Shown piece after piece: positions 11,298 to 20,139 of a DNA stretch of 20,139 nucleotides. The DNA is taken from the NCBI RefSeq assembly GCF_006345805.1, contig NW_021824060.1, forward strand, positions 1 to 20,139, in the 5' to 3' direction. The notes under the pieces are model-generated. The model did not search any database and was not told the origin of the DNA. It saw only the letters and a list, made by a program, of their open reading frames with translations. The stretch comes from Octopus sinensis (lineage: Eukaryota). Each line of letters opens with the position of its first letter. The stretch's first letter is position 1. The translations under genes were made by a program, and so were the position numbers.

Positions 11298-11836
11298 GTA
11301 GATGCACACACACATACATACACACACATTCAGAAATGTAAGTATGCATGTATGTTTGCCTTAATAAATGTGTGTGTTTCTATATTTATCTCAGTGTGTT
11401 TGTCTATGTTCCCCAGGGTACTCTCCACAGACACTCAGAGAGTGGTACTCGTGTTGTACAAGCGCTTTTTGCTATAATCCAAGGACGTACAGATGTCTCT
11501 TCAGGATGACTTCATTTGTGGGCACATCAACCAAAAATCGTATGGCGAGGGAAGTGTGGCAGTGTGTGTAGACCTAACAATTTGGAAGTGATACAGTAAG
11601 TTACAACTTTCGTCTATTCTGTCACCTATACTAATAATAATTGCGATCTGTAACGGAACTGAATTTTAATCTGGGAAGTCATGGATAGAAAGTCAGAAAT
11701 GCCATTAGCAACGAGGAAGCACAAGGGGACGGCAATCATTTGTGAAGATTGAGCAATCATCATATTTGCGTGCATGGCTATAGTTATAAATATTTTAACA
11801 AACACGAGAGCATATACACAAATCCATGCACATATA

Positions 11837-12079
11837 CAGTAACCCTTCACTTTATCGCGGTTCACCTCTCGCGGTTCCCCTCTCGCGGTTTGTTATGTAA
11901 GCTTATGTCGATTCCTCTGATGTGTTGCTTTACATTCATAATAAAACAAATATATACAAATTATAGAAATTCTAATAAGAAAATATACAGTACAGTATAT
12001 TTCCTTCTACTCCACGGATTTTCACCTATCTCGGGGAGGGGCTTGGAACGTAACACCTGCGATAATCGATAGATTATTG
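11837..12079. mobile_element. Tc1/mariner-pogo (Tigger-like) MITE
   Basis: TA on both sides (11835-36, 12080-81). Degenerate TIRs CAGTAACCCTTCACTTTATCGCGG vs reverse complement CAATAATCTATCGATTATCGCAGG. Three TCGCGG repeats at the left end and a GGAACGTAAC..GCGATAA right end typical of such MITEs. Confidence 0.7.
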
Positions 12080-12719
12080 TATGCATATACATTAGCTTAC
12101 TGAGGAGTTAAAATCATATCGAAACATAGGTGTCTGGGTGTTTGCTTACGTCATTCAGAGCATTGTGCGTGTGTGTGTATCCATATATGCGTGTAAATGT
12201 ATTTATGTATATGTGAGTGTGATCACACGTATCTGAATATGTGCATGCCCTTGTATTCATGTCTATCTGTCCGTCTGTCTGTGTGTCTGTCTGTATGCAT
12301 GTATGTACTCGCATGTGATAACACACAGTGTCTATAGGGAGAAGTCGTTCTTCAGACGAAAACCAACAGCGGAAAGCCATGTTTGCGTTAAAATATGCAA
12401 AAACGTGTTAAGAATGGATGTACATAAGCACGTCTCTGAATTTCTAGAAATTTTAATTTTTATTGTCCTGAATGTTTTTGCCTCCTGCTCCAACAAAGTG
12501 ACGAACTGAATACGTCGTTCTGTGCATTAACATTCACTTGATTCATCTTAATCCATGCCATTAGTTGATTTAAGTGATTCCACTTTGCTCATTTTTGTTT
12601 TCTGTTTATTTCATTTTATTTTATTTTAACATATCGTTGGATTTTTGATGTATTTATTTTTATTTATTTATTTATTTATTTATCGCGAATTACTTAAAAA
12701 TAGCTTTTCATCGCCATAA

Positions 12720-12829
12720 TTGCCAACACCATCATCGTCGTCGTCGTCGCCATCATCATCATCATCGTCATCATCAGCTATAACAGAAATAGCAGCAGCA
12801 CAACAAATATCATCATCCACTTCATAGCT

Positions 12830-12860
<31 letters not shown>

Positions 12861-13090
12861 CCAGCAGCAGCAGCAATAGCAGTGCAATCAATAATCTTAT
12901 ATTATCATCATCTTTCTCCTCCTACTCCTCCTTCTCCTACGCCCCCTTCTCCTTCTCCTATTCCTCTTCCTATTTTTACTCTTCCGCTCCTCACTCTCTT
13001 CCTCCGCCTCCTCCTTCTTTTCACCTCCTTCTTTTCACTTCTCCTCCTCCCCTTCTCCCTCTTCTTCTTCTTCTTCTTCTTCTTCTTCTT

Positions 13091-13158
<68 letters not shown>
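12720..13158. repeat. (CAT)/(CAG) tract, pyrimidine tract, (TTC)n and (ATT)n
   Basis: (TTC)n about 13060-13120; (ATT)n 13121-13158. Confidence 0.9.
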
Positions 13159-13163
<5 letters not shown>

Positions 13164-13273
13164 TCACTGCCTGGAGTCGAACTCGGAATCTTGGGGTTAG
13201 TAGCCCGTGTTCTTAACCATTTAAGAGCGCGGGCTACTAACATCAAGATTCCGAGTTCGATTCCAGGCAGTGA

Positions 13274-13278
<5 letters not shown>
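13159..13278. mobile_element. Head-to-head inverted duplication of a tRNA-derived SINE head (58-bp arms, 4-nt spacer)
   Basis: 13159-13216 is the reverse complement of 13221-13278 with 5 mismatches. Each arm has a B-box (GAGTTCGATTCC 13253-64 on +; GAGTTCGACTCC 13173-84 on -) and an anticodon-like GGG-CTACTAA loop. The A-box is truncated at the junction. Flanked by complementary (TAT)n and (AAT)n. Confidence 0.85.

Positions 13279-13351
<73 letters not shown>
13279..13351. repeat. (AAT)n between the SINE head and the hammerhead-bearing tail
   Basis: Directly visible. Confidence 0.95.
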
Positions 13352-13354
<3 letters not shown>

Positions 13355-13379
13355 CATAGAAAAATATCTTAGGAATGAG

Positions 13380-13425
13380 AACATCTGATGAAGGCTAAAG
13401 AGTACATCAGCCGAAACATAGTGTT
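13380..13425 (+). ncRNA. Minimal type-I hammerhead ribozyme motif (probably decayed copy)
   Basis: Stem I AACAT(13380-84)/GTGTT(13421-25); core CTGATGA 13385-91 plus an extra A; stem II GGCT(13393-96)/AGCC(13409-12); GAAA 13413-16; CA; UH=TA 13419-20. The helix III segment ACAT looks like a CpG-decayed ACGT palindrome. Confidence 0.75.
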
Positions 13426-13659
13426 AACAACAAACAAGATGAGGAGAAATATCCTTCAAATGTAAATAATGTAAATAATTCTCGTCTATAGTCGCAGGTC
13501 CTTAAGGTGATTGGAGCGTCAGTCAAATTGACGGATTTCTTACCCTAAGATTCATAAAAGTCTTATTTGTTCTGAGATGTGGGAACAATTCCAATGACAA
13601 AGTAATTTTGATGCTTTGAATTTCATTCCCTACTACCATCCTATTTTCAAATGGTAGTG

Positions 13660-13909
13660 GCATTTTCACTCTTTTCAGGGCTTCAGAATTTCCCTGTTAC
13701 CTTGGCAGGATAACTAACAGGTGCTATGCCTTACCAAGGGGCAACCCGTGATTTTGTCCGAGACGGCTTCTTGAGTTTTCACAGGTAACCTGTATATCTA
13801 CGGGCATTTCTGCTATTTTAGGGTCTTCAGGATTTCATCGTGACTCTGGCAGGGTGGCTAACGGGTGCTATGCCTCGCCAAAACAACCCGTGATTTTGTT
13901 CGGGTCTGC
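13660..13909 (+). repeat. Diverged two-copy direct repeat, 144-bp period (units 13660-13767 and 13804-13909)
   Basis: Shared blocks GGCATTT, CTTCAG, GGCAGG..CTAAC.GGTGCTATGCCT, CAACCCGTGATTTTGT; 2-nt deletion in unit 2. Confidence 0.85.
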
Positions 13910-14116
13910 TTATTAAGTATTCGCTGATAACTTAAATATTTACAAGCCATTCCCCTATTCGAAACTGGGGACCTGATGAATAGAGTTTCCATCATCACTC
14001 CATTTAGTCCCAGTTTCAAAGGGGTAATTTTGCTAAAGACAACCAATGTACCCGTATCAAGGGGTGGTGCTAAACCGGGTGACAGATTTAGTCAACCGTC
14101 TAAATAGGTCACATCA

Positions 14117-14324
14117 GGATGTGAATGCAGAAGGCAATGATCCGGAAGAAAAATCATAAGACATCCGGTTCAGCGCTTTTACAGATCCGCCCATCCACCA
14201 CCTTGAAGAAGTACTCTTTATTTAATCGACCTCAAAGGATGAAATGCAAAGCTGACCTCAGCAGGATTTGAACGCAATACGCAGAGATCCGAAATAAGTA
14301 CAAAGCACCCGGTTCAACGTTCTC
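14117..14324 (-). mobile_element. Two adjacent, heavily diverged family-B-like SINE fragments (about 14117-14200 and 14211-14324)
   Basis: TTTAATCGACCTCAAAGGATGAAATGCAAAGCTGACCTCAGCAGGATTTGAAC aligns by eye to TTTATCGACCCCGAAAGGATGAAAGGCAAAGTCGACCTCTGCGGAATTTGAAC in the 17266-17497 copy. The upstream piece is weaker. A third scrap lies at about 14361-14395. Confidence 0.6.
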
Positions 14325-14804
14325 TTCATGAACGTTCTATTAAACCTCACACTCTGAAATTCAACGTTGACCTCGGCGGTAATTGAACTCAGAGTGTGGT
14401 ACCAAACACAGTCAGCTCTACGTTCTTCCTCAGAGTTCCCGTCTTTCATATCCAGTTCACAATGCTTTTGATCTCCCCGCTTCCCTAGAAATTCCCTCAC
14501 CCCGTTCTTCGGGGGCTTAACCACCCAAAAAGACACGACACAGTGGAATCGATCTCGACAATATTTATAAGCAACATAACAATCAGGATTATCATTTCCT
14601 GTTTTTTCTCGGTGTTGTTAAGTACCTGTCCTATATCGAGGGTCCATTCACCCTCAACACCCTATATCTCTCCTTCACGAATATATGAGACTTTGTGTCC
14701 ATCAGACAATACAATGTACGTTTATTATGGAATCCTTCTTCAAGACGTGTGTACAAACAGCATCGCTATCACCGTTCTTATAAAAATCTAGATTTCTTCT
14801 ATTG

Positions 14805-14900
14805 TATGTATATATATACATATATATATATATATGTATGTATGCATGTATGTATGTATGTATGTATGTATGTATGTATGTATGTATGTATGTATGTATG
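14805..14900. repeat. (TA)n/(TATG)n microsatellite
   Basis: Directly visible. Confidence 0.95.
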
Positions 14901-15164
14901 TATCTATGATTCTTTTGGGTAAAGAGAGTACTAGATAATGATACTCACTGAATAGCTGGTAATCAGAGAAACGCTTTAATCTAAGGTTTCCATTCTTGAA
15001 CTTTGGCTTAATAACATAACTTGTGTTTGAGCAAGAATCACAGCAAACACGAACGGCAAAGATACTCGACAGAAAGTTGGATTTATCATAATATTTACAC
15101 TTTCACTTGGACAGCGAACAAAAGAAGAAGCGAGTTGAAGGACACGAGGACGTGCGCTCGAACA

Positions 15165-15381
15165 CACACACACATATATATGTATGTATATATATATATA
15201 TATATATTGATATGTATATATATATATATACGTATGCGTAAATATGTGTGTATATAAGTGTGCATATATATATGTATGTGTGTATGTGTGTATGTATATT
15301 TATGTATGTGTGTATGTATGTTTGTGTATATATTAATATATATTTATGTACGAATATATGTCTATATATGTATATATATAC

Positions 15382-15413
<32 letters not shown>

Positions 15414-15508
15414 ATGTGTGTGTGGTGTGTGTTGTGCATATATATACTTACATATACACATATATATTACATACATACATATATATATGTTTATGTAGAT
15501 ATATATGC

Positions 15509-15555
<47 letters not shown>

Positions 15556-15689
15556 CATATATAGACATATATTCGTACATAAATATATTTATATATACAC
15601 AAACATACATACACACATACATAAATATATGCATACTTATATACACACATATTTACGCATATTATATACATATCAATATATATATATAT

Positions 15690-15723
<34 letters not shown>

Positions 15724-15752
15724 ATATACTACACATACTATATATTATATAT

Positions 15753-15793
<41 letters not shown>

Positions 15794-15850
15794 ATATATA
15801 TGTATGTATGTATGCAAATATGTGTGTGTGTGTGTGTGTGTGTGTGTATT
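15165..15850. repeat. TA/TG/CA compound microsatellite field
   Basis: Directly visible. Confidence 0.92.
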
Positions 15851-16347
15851 CAGAGTATCTGTGACAATCGAGCGAAGTTTCGGATGAAGATAACTTTCAT
15901 TTTTTCTTTTGTTGACTTTTTTTTTCCTTTTCTTTCTTTTGTCCATTTTTTTATTCCGCGCGTACAACGAAGAACTAAGCAACAACAACACCACCACCAA
16001 CAACAACAACCACAACAACAGAAATCTTTCAATTGACATGTAAGAACTCTCAATCAATTCGTTGTCTGCAAACAGAATGGCACTAGAATCTCTCTCTTAC
16101 TGTCCACAGATTACACAAATGTTATTGCTTATTGGTTGGCCAAGATTTTATGAACTTAATCTGGCAGATAATCTCTTGGAGTAGCGACGAGGGGGTGCGG
16201 GGCGGGGTGCCGTGAGGGGGATAGAACACAAAGCGATCCTTGTGAACCATTACCAAAGACAAACAACAACGAACGCGGATATGAGTTGGATATGATGTAG
16301 ATATTCTGTCAAACTACATATTTGTTTGTTCAGGGCATTATTATTAT

Positions 16348-16352
16348 TAATA

Positions 16353-16417
<65 letters not shown>
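16348..16417. repeat. (TAT)n microsatellite
   Basis: Directly visible. Confidence 0.95.
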
Positions 16418-16419
<2 letters not shown>

Positions 16420-16603
16420 GCTGGACCAAGTGCTTAGCGGTATTTCGGTCGTCGCTACGTTCTGAGTTCAAATTCCGCCGAGGTCGACTTTGCCTTCCAT
16501 CATTTCGTGGTCGATAAATTAAGTATCAGTTGTGTATTGTGGTCGATCAAATCGAGTACCCGCCTCCTCCAAATTTCATGCCTTGAGCCTATTGTAGATA
16601 GGC

Positions 16604-16650
<47 letters not shown>
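16418..16650 (+). mobile_element. SINE family B variant, 5'-truncated, with (TAT)n tail
   Basis: TGCTTAGCGGTATTTCG..TACGTTCTGAGTTCAAATTCCGCCGAGGTCGACTTTGCC..GGTCGATAAATTAAGTA matches family B; (TAT)n at 16608-16650. Confidence 0.85.
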
Positions 16651-16652
<2 letters not shown>

Positions 16653-16860
16653 GGCGGCGAGCTGGCAGAATCGTTAACTCATCGGGCAATATGCTTATCG
16701 GTATTTTGTTTGCCGCTACGTTCTGAGTTCAAATTCCACCGAGGTCGATTTTGCCTTTCATCCTTTCGGGGTCAATGAAATAAGTACCAGTTTAGTACTG
16801 GGGTCCATATTAGCGACTTGTTCCTCGCCTGAAAATGATTTCTATAGTAGAAAGGATTAA
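16653..16860 (+). mobile_element. SINE family B variant, intact 5' end
   Basis: GGCGGCGAGCTGGCAGAATCGTTA head; GAGTTCAAATTCC 16725-37; GAGGTCGATTTTGCCTTTCATCC body; CTATAGTAGAAAGGATTAA end similar to the end of the preceding copy. Confidence 0.85.
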
Positions 16861-17211
16861 TGTTGCTTTCATTGCTGTTGTTTTTGTCTTCTTCTTCTTC
16901 TTCTTCTTCTTCCAATCAGCACTCACGCCATTATCCATCAAGAATATACTCTAATTCGATCCTACTCTAAGCTACTACGAATGCGTGAGGCAACTTGAAG
17001 ATCCACCCATCACACGCGATAAACTGGCGGTTGCACCGGCGCGAAAGCTACGTTGTTATCCTCATTCCGTAAACAGTGGCTTTTAACGGGTGGAGAGCTG
17101 AACCATCCTGGGGTACAGAGGAATCGGAATCTAGACTAGGGTTTGAAAGTTTACCACACCATAGTGGGTTACACCATGGTTCCTCTGCTTTGTGGCAGGA
17201 GTAGGAAGAAA

Positions 17212-17567
17212 GAGGTGATTTTTGCTCAATAAATACTCAGAATGCCCGGTCTGGGAATCGAAACCTATTTCTTTATTACCCACAAGGGGCTAAACACAGA
17301 GGGGACAAACAAGGACAGACATAGGTATTTAGTCGATTACATCGGCCCCAATGCGTAACTGGTACTTAATTTATCGACCCCGAAAGGATGAAAGGCAAAG
17401 TCGACCTCTGCGGAATTTGAACTCGCAACGTTACGGCAGACGAAATACCGTTAGGCATTTCGTCCGGCGTGCTAACGTTTCTGCCAGCTCACCGCCTGTC
17501 TGGGAATCGAAACCGCGTTCTTACGACCGCGAGTCCGCTGCCCTAACCACTGGGCTATTGTGCCTCC
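17212..17567 (-). mobile_element. tRNA-derived SINE head, family C (host of the nested insertion)
   Basis: After removing the insert, the reverse complement reads GGAGGCACAATAGCCCAGTGGTTAGGGCAGCGGACTCGCGGTCGTAAGAACGCGGTTTCGATTCCCAGACCGGGC, with A-box and B-box at tRNA spacing. Confidence 0.8.
17266..17497 (-). mobile_element. SINE family B, full length, nested in a family C SINE with a 17-bp TSD
   Basis: GTCTGGGAATCGAAACC occurs identically at 17249-17265 and 17498-17514. The insert matches 10993-11215. Confidence 0.92.
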
Positions 17568-17944
17568 ACTTGCTGTTGTTGTTTGCAACACGCTTGTTAA
17601 TAATGTCTTAATTTGCAGCGCGGTTTCATTAAGTAAGCCTGTCTTGAAAGTTGTAAAACGAAGAACGAGTAAATATATAAACGAAAGAAGGAAAGATAAG
17701 CGAAAGAGAAGAAAGAAAGAAAGAGGGAACAACAAAAAAAAAAGATGCAAAAGATATTAGAGAATTTCGATTCGTTTGCGTGTAGGATCGGAGTGCGCAT
17801 GCTCGGTTGAGTCATCAAAATTTCTTATCACTATAAAGCAATATGGCAGCATGAATGACAAGCTACAACAGCGGTGACACGCACGAGATTATGACGTTGA
17901 CGTGAGGAGGAAGGTGAGGATGGCAGCGAAAGAAATATGGAACC

Positions 17945-18022
17945 TCAATAACAACGAACATAAAAATTAATAATGATAATAATAATGATAATAACAACAA
18001 CATTAATAATAACAATAATAAC

Positions 18023-18057
<35 letters not shown>

Positions 18058-18164
18058 CAACAACAACAATAATAATAATAATAATAACAACAACAACAAC
18101 AACAATAATAATAATAATAACAACAATAACAATAATAATGACAGTAATAAAAATAATAATAATA

Positions 18165-18209
<45 letters not shown>

Positions 18210-18239
18210 GTAGTAATAATAATAATAGTAGTAATAATA

Positions 18240-18270
<31 letters not shown>

Positions 18271-18293
18271 TGATGATGATGATGATGATGATG

Positions 18294-18350
<57 letters not shown>
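17945..18350. repeat. (AAT)n array with AAC/AGT/GAT blocks
   Basis: Directly visible; explains the poly-I/L/N ORFs. Confidence 0.97.
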
Positions 18351-18352
<2 letters not shown>

Positions 18353-18415
18353 CACCATCATCATGATGAAGATATCTGAAAATATTTTCAGGAGAGGGAG
18401 ATTATGATAGAACAA

Positions 18416-18475
18416 GAACTGCTGTCCATATTAATAGGTGCCGTGGGAATTATTAAAAAACAGATGGAGAGACAC
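18416..18475 (+). mobile_element. Possible scrap of an R4/Dong-type (restriction-like endonuclease) non-LTR element
   Basis: The translation ELLSILIGAVGIIKKQMERH resembles the IPxIxGALGxIKK segment near the C-terminus of RLE-type LINEs. Only 20 codons, and the flanks do not extend the match. Confidence 0.25.
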
Positions 18476-18485
18476 ACGCTCACAC

Positions 18486-18562
<77 letters not shown>

Positions 18563-18585
18563 ACACACACACCACACACTCGCGC
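18470..18585. repeat. (CA)n microsatellite
   Basis: Directly visible. Confidence 0.95.
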
Positions 18586-18852
18586 ATGCACACAGCAGGA
18601 CTTAAGCGCAAAGACCCAACACATTAAATGACAGTGGCCGGTGTGTTATCACACCCGAGCATCTCAAACAGCGGGTTGCATCAGGTAATGTAGTCTTTGA
18701 AACACTGTGTGTCAATACTCGATATAAGTGGTCACGGCTGAAAAGTCTTTGGGTATTCGAATGACAGGTTAGAGCTTACTTGGTGCTAAGCGACAGCGAC
18801 ATTAAGAAGAAGCTACATGCACATTGCAAACAGGTTTTTTTTTTCATATGTG

Positions 18853-18945
18853 TGGCCTAGTGGTTATGGCGTTGCTCTCACGATCGGGAGATGATGGGTT
18901 CGATTCCTGGAAGGGCGACTGTTGTGTTCTTGCGCAAAATACTTT
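18853..18945 (+). mobile_element. tRNA-derived SINE head, family D, with start of a central domain
   Basis: A-box TGGCCTAGTGG 18853-63; B-box GGTTCGATTCC 18897-907; then TGTTGTGTTCTTGCGCAAAATACTTT, which resembles the 5' part of Meta/CORE-type domains. No acceptor stem, so not a tRNA gene. Confidence 0.7.
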
Positions 18946-19197
18946 GTGAGCAGGGTCATGAGCAAGAACCTGATTATGGGTCCTCCGATTCAAGACAAAC
19001 CTTATGTCAATCAATAAAAAAAGTTAATCCCATTTTTCTATTACTTTCCCTCAATTTGAGCTCCTATGCAGATAAATGCTTATACATACGCCTCACTAAT
19101 CACTTATAAATATTCATTAAGCACATACATATATTCGCTTAAAACCTATTCATACTCGCTTATACAAGATGGACTAGGATGCTGCTATATCTCATTC

Positions 19198-19299
19198 TCC
19201 CTCTGATGATGAAATAGATCGCTGATATATGGTTTGCTACCGTTTGTTTTGCGCGATTTGCATCATCTCCGCATCTGCTCTCGAAACGGCTGTAAGGGA
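19198..19299 (+). ncRNA. Type-I hammerhead ribozyme motif with long stem II and self-complementary helix III (dimer type)
   Basis: Stem I TCCCT(19198-202)/AGGGA(19295-99) is perfect; CTGATGA 19203-09 plus an extra T; imperfect stem II GAAA-TAGATCGC / GC-ATCTGCTCTC; GAAAC 19283-87; GTA cleavage triplet 19292-94. ACGGCTGT (19286-93) is self-complementary with two G-U pairs. Confidence 0.75.
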
Positions 19300-19525
19300 C
19301 TCTCTGAACGGCTTTCTAACTTAACTTCCACTTTATGACCTATTACACATGTAACAACTCGACCAACATGTTTCAGGATATAAAGGTCATAATCGAAAAC
19401 CGATAGCAGTTATTTTGCCGGCTCATATTTTTATCCTTATACTATTATATATATATACCTTCTTCATTCTAAGCACTAAGGGGGATGAGAAGAAAAAAAT
19501 GGGAGGAGGAGGCGGAAGAGACGAA

Positions 19526-19526
<1 letters not shown>

Positions 19527-19557
<31 letters not shown>

Positions 19558-19771
19558 TATAGTAGTAGTAGTAGTAGTATATAGTAGTAGTGTAGTATAT
19601 AGTAGTAGTAGTAGTATATAGTAGTAGTAGTATATAGTAGTAGTAGTATATAGTAGTAGTAGTATATAGTAGTAGTAGTAGTAGTAGTATAGTAGTAGTA
19701 GTAGTAGTAGTAGTATATAGTAGTAGTAGTATATAGTAGTAGTAGTAGTAGTATATAGTAGTAGTAGTATA

Positions 19772-19803
<32 letters not shown>
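19527..19803. repeat. (AGT)n array with repeated ATAT interruptions
   Basis: Directly visible. Confidence 0.95.
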
Positions 19804-19804
<1 letters not shown>

Positions 19805-19879
19805 GAAGAAGAGGAAAGGGAAGAAGCGGAGGAGGAGGAGGAGGAAAAGGAGTCTAGTAGAAGTGGTACTGGTTGTGCT

Positions 19880-20089
19880 GACAGTGACATTGATGAGGAC
19901 GATGGTGATGACGATGATGACGATGATGATGATGATGATGAGGAGGAGGAGGAGGAGGAGGAATAGGATGAGGATGAAGACGACAACGATGACGACGACG
20001 ATGACGATGATGATGATGATGATGATGATGATGTCGCTTATGTTGTTTAATAGATAGTGTTGTACCTGTTTTAAATATACTCGTTGTTG

Positions 20090-20120
<31 letters not shown>

Positions 20121-20121
20121 T
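19880..20121. repeat. (GAT)/(GAG)/(GAC) and (GTT)/(GCT) trinucleotide tracts
   Basis: Directly visible. Confidence 0.9.
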
Positions 20122-20139
20122 AATATTCTAGTGATTACT

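Noticed and set aside
12100-12130. CTGAGGA...GAAACATA hammerhead-like string
   Set aside because: Stem II has only 3 of 4 pairs and no stem I can be formed; at best a very decayed relic.
13159-13278. 4 of the 5 hairpin mismatches are G-U compatible, suggesting selection on RNA structure or editing
   Set aside because: Transition mutations, including CpG decay, produce G-U pairs by default, so no selection needs to be invoked.
13221-13278. tRNA gene (also considered for 18853-18910 and 17498-17567)
   Set aside because: No acceptor stem, and A-box or arms are truncated or continue into SINE bodies; these are tRNA-derived SINE heads.
13951-14023. GAAAC and CTGATGA close together within a hairpin (GAAACTGGGGAC/GTCCCAGTTTC)
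   Set aside because: Wrong order and spacing for a hammerhead: only 8 nt between GAAA and CTGATGA, leaving no room for helices I/III or a UH site.
16090-16200. Strong acceptor CTCTCTCTTACTGTCCACAG followed by a possible exon
   Set aside because: No convincing donor or recognisable peptide; such signals are common by chance in 20 kb.
16920-17210. Possible LINE 5' UTR with an HDV-like ribozyme on the minus strand (hairpin CCATGGTG/CACTATGG, TCCTCTG loop-like motif)
   Set aside because: I could not build consistent P1/P2/P3 pairings; left as unassigned, probably repeat-derived sequence.
135-20057. Most six-frame ORFs (poly-T, poly-I, YIYI, CVCV, LSIY and similar)
   Set aside because: They are translations of microsatellites or purine/pyrimidine tracts, with no domain content.

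Overview
Eukaryotic non-genic, microsatellite-saturated DNA. The SINE families and repeat density look octopod/cephalopod; this is inference from recall, not a database search. No intact protein-coding gene is supported, and almost all listed ORFs are translations of simple repeats. The complex sequence is mostly transposon-derived: (1) a decayed Penelope-like element (PLE) with RT and a C-terminal GIY-YIG endonuclease (1394-2764, +); (2) about a dozen tRNA-derived SINE copies or fragments from several families, including one nested insertion with a perfect 17-bp TSD; (3) three MITE-like DNA elements; (4) two minimal type-I hammerhead ribozyme motifs (13380-13425 and 19198-19299) plus a possible degenerate third at the PLE stop codon. 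The most interesting structure is 13121-13480: a head-to-head inverted tRNA-like SINE head, then an (AAT)n spacer, then a hammerhead. It looks like a tRNA-headed, ribozyme-bearing non-autonomous element, possibly mobilised by PLEs. A 144-bp-period duplication with synonymous-biased divergence (13660-13909) hints at an unidentified fossil repeat protein.
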